DNA of 64,000 bases. Origin: Eubacteriales bacterium. GTDB taxonomy: Bacteria > Bacillota > Clostridia > Oscillospirales > UBA644. Under the pieces are notes generated by a model, which ran no database searches, was not told where the DNA came from, and saw only the letters and a program-made list of their open reading frames with translations. Position 1 is the first letter of the stretch. Each line of letters begins with the position of its first letter. The stretch is from NCBI GenBank assembly GCA_045542755.1, contig JAZQLP010000117.1, positions 9,160-73,159 on the forward strand, written 5' to 3'. Below are positions 9,990 through 18,250 of the stretch, one piece after another. The position numbers were made by a program, and so were the translations under genes.

Positions 9990-11504
9990 TTAGAAAGTAG
10001 CTTTGTCAATAGCCTGCTCGTTATAGATAACGCCGTAGGTTTCTACAAGGCCTTCATACATTTCGTTATACTTTTCGCCCTGAACGCTTGCGGTAGAGGA
10101 AACCTTCCACAAGGGTTCGTTTTCAGCAGCGTAGTATACAACGTAGTAGCCTTCTTCAGCCTCGATTATTTCAACGTCGCCAACCTGACGAGCTTCGTCA
10201 AAGAGCCATTCCTCGATTTCGGGGTTATTACCCTCATTTGTAACAGCTTCAGAAGAATTAGCTGCGTCAAGAGGAGCATCTTCGCCTTCAGTCTTAGCTT
10301 TTCCGAGAGCGTTGAAAGCTTCTGCGGTCTGTTCGCCTGCCTTGAACTCGTCAAGGAAAGACTGAGCCTTTGCAAGAGCTTCTTCCTTTTTCTTTATGTT
10401 ACCTGCGGACTCATCCTCTTCGGTATCCTTATCGTCTTCGGTAGTTTCTATAGCTACGAATGCGAATTCAATATCTCTGAGGTTGTAATCCTTAAGTTCT
10501 GTGCTGTCGTAATATACAACGGTGTATTTATTTGTGCCTTCGAAGTATTCAACGTCACCGGCAACTCTTTCTTCGCTGAGGAGCCATTCCTGAACATCCT
10601 CTGCATAAGAGCTTACGTAAACGCCGTTAACAGCGGTAAGGTCCTTCTTTTCGGTTTCCTTATCGGTATCTTCTTCGGTTTCGTCCTCGGTTTCCTTTTC
10701 AGCTTCTTTAGCTGCAAGCTCATCCTGAACGAACTGCTCGAAAGCCTCGGAAGAAGTAGCGGCTGCTACGAGAGCGTTAACCTTGTTAAGAGCTTCGGCC
10801 TTGCTTTCTTCGTCGTTAGCCTTGAAAGCGTAGGTGTAAAGTCTGCCGTCAAAGGTGGTGAAGGTTGCAAGATTTTCGTTCTTGTATTCTTCAGCCTCTT
10901 CGTCGCTTACTTCGATGTTTTCGTAAACGTGGTTAGCGTATTCCGAAGCATAGTATTCATCTGCAAGGCACTGGCAGAAGGTTTCAAGATCCATACCGTC
11001 GCCATACATAGTTTCAAGATACTTGGAAGGGGAGTAGCCGTAAAGAGCAGCATAGGTTTCTATCTGAGAAATTGCAGAATTAACGTACTCTTCCTGAGCA
11101 GCTTCATCACAGGCAAAGCCTGCCTTTTTGCCTTCTTGAACCATAATGGACTGCTGTACTGCTGCGGCAGAAGCCTGCTCGGTAAAGTATTCTACCCAAG
11201 TCTGATCGCCGTACTTTGTAGTCTGAGCTGCGGGAAGACGCTGGCTATCGTAACCGATATAGGAAAGATAATTGCTATAGGTGCTTATGAAGTTGTTGTA
11301 AACGCTGGTGTAGAAATAGCCGTATTCAACGGAATTCACAACGTCATCTCCAACCTTAACAGCCTGCTGTTGCTTGAGGTACATGCTGGATCTGGTGATA
11401 ACGGAGAAGAGTATTACAGCAACAAGAAGTATGCCGCAAACGATCATGGTTGCGATAACCGCAGGGGTCATGATCTTTTCGGACTGATTGTTTTTGTTTG
11501 CCAT
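9990..11504 (-). CDS. Membrane-anchored acidic protein, possibly a SurA-N/PrsA-like chaperone lacking an obvious PPIase domain
   Basis: A single N-terminal TM is followed by Glu/Asp/Thr-rich linkers and two copies of the motif EWL..E.R..GDVE....G.Y.VVYY. The start is chosen at MANKNN, with AAGGATGG 8 nt upstream. Confidence 0.55.
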   Translation of the reverse strand: MANKNNQSEKIMTPAVIATMIVCGILLVAVILFSVITRSSMYLKQQQAVKVGDDVVNSVEYGYFYTSVYNNFISTYSNYLSYIGYDSQRLPAAQTTKYGDQTWVEYFTEQASAAAVQQSIMVQEGKKAGFACDEAAQEEYVNSAISQIETYAALYGYSPSKYLETMYGDGMDLETFCQCLADEYYASEYANHVYENIEVSDEEAEEYKNENLATFTTFDGRLYTYAFKANDEESKAEALNKVNALVAAATSSEAFEQFVQDELAAKEAEKETEDETEEDTDKETEKKDLTAVNGVYVSSYAEDVQEWLLSEERVAGDVEYFEGTNKYTVVYYDSTELKDYNLRDIEFAFVAIETTEDDKDTEEDESAGNIKKKEEALAKAQSFLDEFKAGEQTAEAFNALGKAKTEGEDAPLDAANSSEAVTNEGNNPEIEEWLFDEARQVGDVEIIEAEEGYYVVYYAAENEPLWKVSSTASVQGEKYNEMYEGLVETYGVIYNEQAIDKATF

Positions 11505-11796
11505 TTGTTTGACCATCCTTGTCTATGTGTAATGGGGTGCGAAAGGACGCACCTTGCATATTAAAGTTATATACCAACACATTTTACAACAAAAACCCGT
11601 CTTTGTCAAGGGGTATGGCGGTAAAGTTTATGAATTTTTAGTATGAAAAGGTTCATTTAGGGGTTTTACTCCCCTTTTATCCCATTTCAAAGGGAGAAAA
11701 TCAAATATAATCGTAACATTTGTTAAAAAGTGTTGAAATTTCTCCCGAAATATGTTATTATTAAGCGTAGAATATTCAGTAAAAGAAGGTGTTGGC

Positions 11797-12318
11797 TTGA
11801 ACGAGAGCGATTTGAGGATACTCATTCTCTATACCGTATCCGCCGCAGGGCGAGGAATATCCCCCGAGGACGTGTGCGACCTGGTGGCTACCGACAAGCT
11901 GGGGCACCTTAACGTTCGCGAAAGCTTTGAAAAGCTCCGTGAAGAAAAGCTTCTCACCGTTCTTGAGGACGGCGGCGTAGGTTATACCTACATTTCCGAC
12001 GAGGGCAAGCTCATTGTTGAGCAGCTTCAGGGCAACCTCTCCATCTCTCTCAGGAAGGATATAGCAAAGAGAGCTGTGGGCATAATGGAAAAGCTTCGCG
12101 GGGAGCTTGACGTTACCGCCTTTTACGAGGAAAGCAGGTCGGTTCACGGCGGCTTTGACGTAAATCTGGGACTTTCGGACAGAGGTGAAAAGCTCTTCAC
12201 CCTCACCCTCTACGCCCCCACGGCCATTCAGGCTGACATGATGGTTAAAAATTTCAAATCAAATCCCGCATCTGTTTATTCGGGACTTATAAATCTTGTA
12301 ACAGAACAAAGATATTAA
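11797..12318 (+). CDS. DUF4364-like (PadR-type winged-helix) protein
   Basis: The LRILILYTV... N-terminus is typical of the family. A TTG start is proposed because AAGAAGGTG lies 6 nt upstream. The ORF-track start at 11752 is an alternative. Confidence 0.5.
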   Translation: MNESDLRILILYTVSAAGRGISPEDVCDLVATDKLGHLNVRESFEKLREEKLLTVLEDGGVGYTYISDEGKLIVEQLQGNLSISLRKDIAKRAVGIMEKLRGELDVTAFYEESRSVHGGFDVNLGLSDRGEKLFTLTLYAPTAIQADMMVKNFKSNPASVYSGLINLVTEQRY

Positions 12319-12346
12319 CACACCATAATACGGAGGACCACACAAA

Positions 12347-13285
12347 ATGGCAAAAGAAAAGATTTTCCGTGAGACACCCTTTAACGGCTATAACCGTGAC
12401 GACGTAATGGCATATATTGCCGAAATCGACAAAAAGAATACCGAACTCCGCGCCGCGGATATTCAGGAGAAGAACTCCCTGGCCGCAGACCTTGAAGCAA
12501 AGACCCAGGAAGTTGAAAAGCTTAACGGCGTTATCGACTCCCTTAACTTTGCCGTTGAGGAAAAGACTGCCGCTTACGACGAGCTTGCAAAGGAATTTGA
12601 AGCATATAAGGCTGAAACCGAAAATAAGGCAAGCCTTCCCGCTCCCGAAACCGTAGAGGCAGAGAAGAAAGAATACGAGGCGAAGATAGCCGCCCTTACA
12701 GCAGAGCTTGAGGCGGCAAAGGCAAAAATATCCGAGCAGGAAGAACAGATACGCTCCCAGATAGAAAATATCTGCACACTTCAGGCAACTCAGGACACCT
12801 CTTCCCTTGTAAGAACAAAGCTTGACGAGGCAGAAAAGGCCATTGCGGAAAAGGACGAAAAGATAAACTTCCTCCAGCAGGGCTGGGAACAGTATAAAAA
12901 GAACTACGGCAGATACCTTGAGATTGCCGATTCTGCAGAAAAGATAGTGGCCGACGCTCATACAGAAGCAGGAAAGATCCTCGCCTCCGCAGAAGAAAAC
13001 GCCGCAAAGACCAAGGCTGCCGCCCTTAAAGAAAAGCAGGAGATACTGGACAACATTAACGGCGAGATACAGATGCTCATCTCTAACGCAGTAAAGGAAA
13101 GCGGAAGAATAATCGCATCCGCCGAAGAGCGCGCCCGCCTCATCAGAAGCACCGCAATTTCCGCTGCAAACGAAACCAGAGACAAGCTCAACCTTATCAA
13201 GAGCTCCGTTTCGGGCATACTGTCAAATATTGACTTTGCAATAATGAACATCGACCCCGAAAAAGAGCCCTCCAATCAGGACTGA
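12347..13285 (+). CDS. DivIVA-like coiled-coil protein
   Basis: The N-terminal F..GYNRDDVMAYIAEID resembles the DivIVA N-terminal motif. The rest is a long Ala/Glu/Lys-rich coiled coil. Confidence 0.6.
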   Translation: MAKEKIFRETPFNGYNRDDVMAYIAEIDKKNTELRAADIQEKNSLAADLEAKTQEVEKLNGVIDSLNFAVEEKTAAYDELAKEFEAYKAETENKASLPAPETVEAEKKEYEAKIAALTAELEAAKAKISEQEEQIRSQIENICTLQATQDTSSLVRTKLDEAEKAIAEKDEKINFLQQGWEQYKKNYGRYLEIADSAEKIVADAHTEAGKILASAEENAAKTKAAALKEKQEILDNINGEIQMLISNAVKESGRIIASAEERARLIRSTAISAANETRDKLNLIKSSVSGILSNIDFAIMNIDPEKEPSNQD

Positions 13286-13307
13286 AGAAAGGAAGGTTTT
13301 CCGATAG

Positions 13308-13409
13308 ATGAACCCTAAAGTAACCAGAATAATCGCCGCAGCTATCGCCCTGATACTTGTAGCGTCACTCGTACTGTCCTTTGTCATCATGATAGTAGGC
13401 CAGATATAA
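13308..13409 (+). CDS. 33-aa single-TM microprotein, not in the supplied ORF track
   Basis: ATG with GAAAGGAAGG 11 nt upstream. It encodes MNPKVTRIIAAAIALILVASLVLSFVIMIVGQI, ends 16 nt before a hairpin terminator, and starts 23 nt after the preceding stop. Confidence 0.5.
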   Translation: MNPKVTRIIAAAIALILVASLVLSFVIMIVGQI

Positions 13410-13424
13410 AACAAAGACAAGTTT

Positions 13425-13455
13425 AAGCCCGTTCGCAAGAACGGGCTTTTCTGCT
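13425..13455 (+). terminator. Rho-independent terminator
   Basis: Stem aagcccgttc/gaacgggctt, GCAA loop and T-rich tail. Confidence 0.8.
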
Positions 13456-13577
13456 GTCTAAAGAGTACATTTTATTGACATTCCCCCCTAAACTCTTGCT
13501 TTTTGCCACCTTAATATGGTATTATATCCTAAATTGGCAAAACTCATAATACAAAAGAAAAAAACGGAGAACACACT

Positions 13578-15386
13578 ATGAACAAGAACGTTATGGATTT
13601 CGGCGCAATAGCCGACGGTGTTACCCTTACCACCGAGGCCTTTAATGCGGCAATCAACGCCTGCGCGGAAAGCGGCGGCGGTTACGTAGAAGTCCCCGCC
13701 GGCGAATACGTTTGCGGAAGTATTTACCTTAAGAGCAACGTTATTCTTGTCCTCGCCCCCGGCTGTACCGTATACGCAAGCATGGACATAAAAGATTTTA
13801 TACCCCTCACTCACCGCAAGGGTGACAGAGGCATGATCAGCGCATCCGAGATAGTTAATTCGGGAGTCATAGGTGCAGGTGTTTTGGACTGCAGAAGAAC
13901 AAACGAGCTTCGAGCCGCACATCCCGGTGCAGGACGCCCCAGCGTTGTTGCAATGGAATTTTGCGAAAACTTTATCCTTGACGGTATAACCCTTAAGGAT
14001 ACGGGTGGCTTTACCATTTATAGCTTTTATAACACCAACGTTACCTTCCACAACATCAAGATAACCACCAGAGGCTGTGAAAACGGCGACGGTATAGACT
14101 TCTCGGGCTCAAAGAACGTAGTCATTTCCGACTGCTTTATCAATACGGGCGACGACGCTATCGGTCTTAAGACCCACCATCCCGGTGAGGATTGTGAGAA
14201 CTTTACCATAACAAACTGCGTCATCACCACCAGATGGGCGGCCGTCCGCCTTGGCCCCGAAACCTGCGGTCACATGAAGAACATCACCATCTCTAACTGT
14301 GTATTCAACGACTGTGCAGACGGTGTAAAGGTTCAGCTCTGCGATACCTTCAGAATGGAGGACATAACCGTATCCAATATCTCCATGAAGAACGTAGTAA
14401 GACCCTTCTTCATCACATCCAGCTCCTGCCCTATGAGTGGCAGAACCGCAAAGCGCCGTCCCGACCCCGGTATCTTCCGCCGTTTGCTCATAAACAACGT
14501 TTCCGCATCCATGGACGAAAATCTCCGCGAGTGGTTTGACCCCGCTTGCGTTATCCAGGGAATCCCCGACGGTATAGTAGAAGACGTGGAGATAAGCAAT
14601 TTCCACTTCCTCAATGCGGGTGGAGGAACTGAAGAGGATGCAAGAAAGGCAGACCATACCGAGTTTGTTCTCCGTAACGGATATCCCGACATCCCCGACT
14701 CCAAATATCCCGCTTGCGGACTCTACATAAAGAACGCAAAGAACGTAAAACTCTTTAATTGCACCTTTGACAATCTTCAGTACGACCACAGAACTGCCAT
14801 CGCCGCAGAAAGCGTTGAAAACCTGAAGATGATGATGACCGAAGCAAGAAACTGCGCAGGCCTTCTCCGTCACTACAAGGTAGATAATCTCCAGACTGCC
14901 CTCTGCGACGGAGAGATGATCACCTTCACCGACGAGCAGATAAAGGAATGGGAAGACCACAGAGCCGTAGCTCTTGAACAGGAAGCAATGGTAATCCGCG
15001 TGTGCGGCTATGCTGACGACGTAAGACGCATTCCCGAAGAATATACAGTTGAGTTTGTCGAGCACGATGATACAAGACTCAAGGACACAGGAAGAGGCGG
15101 CCGCGAAACAAAGGCTGTTCCCGAGATAACCTTTGAGCAGGAGCTCACCGAAACCGATAAATATAACTACTACATTTCCACCAACGTCATAAAATCCGTA
15201 TACGTGGACATTAACGGCGAAAACGTATTCAAGTGGGACAGACCCAGAAAGTACGATAGAAGCCATATGTTCTGTCTGAAGCTTCCTATCGAAAAGGACG
15301 GCAAATACACCGTCAAAGTATACTGTCCCGAAGAGGGCGGCGGACTTTCCGGTAAGGGTACCCGCCTTTGCAAGGCAGACAAATAA
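13578..15386 (+). CDS. Glycoside hydrolase family 28 (polygalacturonase-like beta-helix) with a ~200-aa C-terminal extension
   Basis: The opening FGAIADG...T.AFNAAI resembles the pectate-lyase-3/GH28 N-terminus. The motifs NGDGIDF and NTGDDAIGLK match the GH28 catalytic Asp motifs. Confidence 0.8.
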   Translation: MNKNVMDFGAIADGVTLTTEAFNAAINACAESGGGYVEVPAGEYVCGSIYLKSNVILVLAPGCTVYASMDIKDFIPLTHRKGDRGMISASEIVNSGVIGAGVLDCRRTNELRAAHPGAGRPSVVAMEFCENFILDGITLKDTGGFTIYSFYNTNVTFHNIKITTRGCENGDGIDFSGSKNVVISDCFINTGDDAIGLKTHHPGEDCENFTITNCVITTRWAAVRLGPETCGHMKNITISNCVFNDCADGVKVQLCDTFRMEDITVSNISMKNVVRPFFITSSSCPMSGRTAKRRPDPGIFRRLLINNVSASMDENLREWFDPACVIQGIPDGIVEDVEISNFHFLNAGGGTEEDARKADHTEFVLRNGYPDIPDSKYPACGLYIKNAKNVKLFNCTFDNLQYDHRTAIAAESVENLKMMMTEARNCAGLLRHYKVDNLQTALCDGEMITFTDEQIKEWEDHRAVALEQEAMVIRVCGYADDVRRIPEEYTVEFVEHDDTRLKDTGRGGRETKAVPEITFEQELTETDKYNYYISTNVIKSVYVDINGENVFKWDRPRKYDRSHMFCLKLPIEKDGKYTVKVYCPEEGGGLSGKGTRLCKADK

Positions 15387-15392
15387 TTAAAC

Positions 15393-15436
15393 AAAAAAAT
15401 CAGAGGTTCTCCAGATGGAGAACCTCAATTTTTTTA
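15393..15436. terminator. Bidirectional terminator
   Basis: Stem gaggttctcc/ggagaacctc flanked by an A7 run and a T7 run. Confidence 0.85.
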
Positions 15437-15446
15437 TCCGTTTGTT

Positions 15447-16721
15447 TTATTCAACAAGCTTGCCGTAGGTGGAAGGACGTCTTTCGAGAATGTTTATATC
15501 GTTCTTGTCACCGTATCTGCCGCCAACGGAGAACCAGAAGGCGTAATTAGGCTTGCTCAGATCGATGGTGGCAATAGCAACACCCATATCCTCGTTAGTA
15601 CCCGCAATAATCTCACCCTGAGGGCTGATGATTCGGCTTATGGGCTGGTCGGAAGCCTTGGCGTGGTTTACGCCGGCAACGGCGATATAAATGGAATTTT
15701 CCAGAGCTCTGGAGGTTATCTGATGATAGGGGTCGCCCGCTGTGGGAGCGAATACTATCTCTGCGCCCTGAAGAGCAAGGCTTCTTATACTTTCGGGGAA
15801 GAACTGGTCAAAGCAGGTAACGGTGCCTATACGGCCAAAGTCGGTATCAAATACGGGATACTCTCTGCCGGGGGTGAGGCCTGAATTATACTCGGCGTAG
15901 GTGATGTTGCACTTTCTGTACTTACCGTGGAACTCGCCCTTTCTGTTGTAAATGGCGGTGGTGTTATAGTAAAGACCCGTTTCAAGGTCTACTTCTCTGG
16001 TATTGACCAGTATCCACATTCCGTACTTTGCGGCCTTTTCTGCAATAGCGGTGCAGATGGGTCCGTTACCGGGAATGGGCTCAGCAAACTGATTGGGATC
16101 CTCACGGGGAAGCTCTCTTGAAGGAATACCCTCGGAGAGTACGAGAATATCAGCCTCAAGAAGTCCCGCAGTATCACAGGACTTAAGAACCTTTGCAAAT
16201 CTCTTTTCAAAAGTCTTTTCATCGGGATTGTAGGGGTTTACGTAAGAGGTTGCGACCTTTACCTTACGCTCGGGAATGGGGTCTGTCTTACGGAGAGATG
16301 CGCTCTTTACGGTAACTCTGCCGTTTTCGCACATCATAAGCATTACTGCAACTTCTGCCTTTGCAGTGCCGCTAAGAGCCTGGAATCTGCCCCAAACGGT
16401 GTATACGCCGTCCTTTTCCTCATAATGAGGAGCGTAGGCGGTCTGCACCATGCCGCCATCTGCGGTATAGGTGTCTACTATGAATCTGGTGCTCATTCTG
16501 GGATGCTGAATATTTTCAAGAACACAGGTAACTTTGTATTCGTAGTATTGGTTTTCTTCAAGTTCAGCCCATGTCTTGAGCTTTCCAAGGTCACCCTCTC
16601 TGGTGGTATAGATAACCTCGCCTTCAGAGGTGGACTCTCTCTTGATAGCAATATTTTCTCTGGGGGACCAAACCTCCCAGCCCGAAATGGGCGCTAACAG
16701 ATTTTCAGATAAGTATTCCAT
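15447..16721 (-). CDS. Carbon-nitrogen hydrolase (nitrilase superfamily) with an extra ~150-aa N-terminal domain
   Basis: The C-terminal ~270 aa carry Glu (VLSEG), Lys (GKYRK) and Cys (VTCFD) elements in the order expected for the family. The N-terminal domain is beta-rich and unassigned. Confidence 0.75.
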   Translation of the reverse strand: MEYLSENLLAPISGWEVWSPRENIAIKRESTSEGEVIYTTREGDLGKLKTWAELEENQYYEYKVTCVLENIQHPRMSTRFIVDTYTADGGMVQTAYAPHYEEKDGVYTVWGRFQALSGTAKAEVAVMLMMCENGRVTVKSASLRKTDPIPERKVKVATSYVNPYNPDEKTFEKRFAKVLKSCDTAGLLEADILVLSEGIPSRELPREDPNQFAEPIPGNGPICTAIAEKAAKYGMWILVNTREVDLETGLYYNTTAIYNRKGEFHGKYRKCNITYAEYNSGLTPGREYPVFDTDFGRIGTVTCFDQFFPESIRSLALQGAEIVFAPTAGDPYHQITSRALENSIYIAVAGVNHAKASDQPISRIISPQGEIIAGTNEDMGVAIATIDLSKPNYAFWFSVGGRYGDKNDINILERRPSTYGKLVE

Positions 16722-16878
16722 AGAAATTCTCCTTGTCGCCTTTTATGCGACTCAAAAACATAGAAATTAAAGATTTTCGAAGAAAAGATTTAATTTAGGC
16801 GTGAAGAACACACGATATCTTAATTCTGCAGATTATCTTTCACGCCGGAATTCTCCATATCATATGTTTTGTTACTGT

Positions 16879-16907
16879 ATAATACCATAAAACCTTGTAA
16901 AAATCAA
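16879..16907 (-). promoter_or_regulatory. Candidate promoter for the C-N hydrolase gene
   Basis: On the minus strand, TTGATT, a 17-nt spacer and TATTAT, which implies a leader of ~150 nt. Confidence 0.45.
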
Positions 16908-16951
16908 GGCAAAAGCTCCCCTATGGCCGTTATTTCCCAAAAATGTCAAAA

Positions 16952-16984
16952 GCAAAAACGGAAGCCGACTCTTCGGCTTCCGTA
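16952..16984 (-). terminator. Terminator after the lipoprotein gene
   Basis: Stem acggaagccga/tcggcttccgt (11 bp), with a T-run on the minus strand. Confidence 0.75.
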
Positions 16985-17012
16985 AAACTTATCTTTTTTT
17001 TGTCTGAAAGAG

Positions 17013-18062
17013 TTACCAATCAAGGAATACTCCGTCGTCTATTCCGCAAAGGGTACAGAGAAGCTCAAAGAAATTCATCGAGCCGTCCGCTTCGGAAATA
17101 GCCGCTGCAACGGTAAACTCAAGTCCGTCGGAAGAAATCTTTTCTCCGTTATCGTTCATAAATTTTACCATAGCGGAAAGGACTTCGCTCTGCTTATCGG
17201 CGGCAAAACCTGCAAAGGTATTGACGTCAACTCGGCAATAGGGTACGCCGGAGGATACCAGATAGTCGCCCTCAACGGTTACTCCGTCATATGATATGCT
17301 GAGCTTTTTGTAAAGGCATATACCGCCCTCGTCAATATACCACTCGCCCTTGTCGTCAATGGCTATAACAGCCACCATCACTCCGTTTTTGGAAACGGTA
17401 TAGGCTGTGCAAAGGGAGTCACTGACCTTATTTCTACCGTATCTTATTCCGAGAGGGGTATCTCGGAGGGGATGCTCAACCCTATATCCCGACTTTCCGT
17501 AATAAGCGCCCACAACGGCACGGATAACGGTGGTGGTGTCTTCAATATATGAGTTCTTTATCCTGAGGTGTCCGTCCTGTTCGACGGTATATACGAAGTT
17601 TCTCACTCCGTACTCCCCTATGTGCTCGGCGCTGACAACGTTCTGTCCGCTTACCGAAATATTGGGTTTATCCGACAGTTCCTCGTAAAGAACGAATGTG
17701 TTGTCGCCCTTGTTAAGAAGGACGAAGCTGTATTCGTTTTCCCTGTCCTTTGTATAGGGGATTATAAAATCCTCATACCCGTCGAAGTTAACGTCCGCAA
17801 AAAACATCTTGCTCTTTGCATTGTTAAGGTCGTCTATCTGACGGGGAAGGGAGACTTCGGATATATAGGCTTTGAGATCGTTCTGGTACCAGAATATTAC
17901 CGAGTCGGACGTAACGCCCACCTCGAAATATACCGCCGTTTCTCCCGTTTTACACTTGAGGTTTACGGAATTTTCGGGCCTTTCGGCACCGCAGGCGGAA
18001 AGAAGCAAGGTCACCAGAAGAAGGATAACGAAAGCCACTGAATATCTGTTGTGTGGTTTCAT
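17013..18062 (-). CDS. Hypothetical lipoprotein
   Basis: Signal peptide with lipobox LLSACG. No family was recognised. It contains a DVNFDGYEDF Ca-binding-like segment. Confidence 0.65.
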   Translation of the reverse strand: MKPHNRYSVAFVILLLVTLLLSACGAERPENSVNLKCKTGETAVYFEVGVTSDSVIFWYQNDLKAYISEVSLPRQIDDLNNAKSKMFFADVNFDGYEDFIIPYTKDRENEYSFVLLNKGDNTFVLYEELSDKPNISVSGQNVVSAEHIGEYGVRNFVYTVEQDGHLRIKNSYIEDTTTVIRAVVGAYYGKSGYRVEHPLRDTPLGIRYGRNKVSDSLCTAYTVSKNGVMVAVIAIDDKGEWYIDEGGICLYKKLSISYDGVTVEGDYLVSSGVPYCRVDVNTFAGFAADKQSEVLSAMVKFMNDNGEKISSDGLEFTVAAAISEADGSMNFFELLCTLCGIDDGVFLDW

Positions 18063-18179
18063 ATAGGTGATTAAATAACCTTCCGTTTAGGATTTGAGTA
18101 GAGGCATAAGCGACAAATCTGAACCCGATTTTAAAAGGCGAGAGTAGATTTAGCGGTTATGCTTAAACAAACTGCTAAC

Positions 18180-18208
18180 AGTATAAACTATTTTTCGCAA
18201 TTTGTCAA
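18180..18208 (-). promoter_or_regulatory. Promoter for the lipoprotein gene
   Basis: On the minus strand, TTGACA, a 17-nt spacer and TATACT. Confidence 0.55.
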
Positions 18209-18250
18209 TACGTAAAGTATGGATTTATTTCGTTTTATCTATGTCAGGGA

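Noticed and set aside
10380-10720. Repetitive-looking GAA/GAT/ACC-rich DNA in the 508-aa gene
   Set aside because: It encodes acidic low-complexity linkers. No exact tandem DNA repeat unit is present, and there is no spacer-repeat periodicity.
12287-12961. 224-aa Cys/Leu/Phe-rich ORF antisense to the DivIVA-like gene
   Set aside because: This is the mirror frame of a GAA/AAG/GCA-rich coiled-coil gene, and it has no translation signals.
14109-15266. 385-aa ORF antisense to the GH28 gene
   Set aside because: It lies wholly inside and antisense to a CDS with clear family motifs. Its product is low-complexity (Val/Gly/Cys-rich), and it has no RBS or promoter. This is a typical stop-codon-poor antisense frame.
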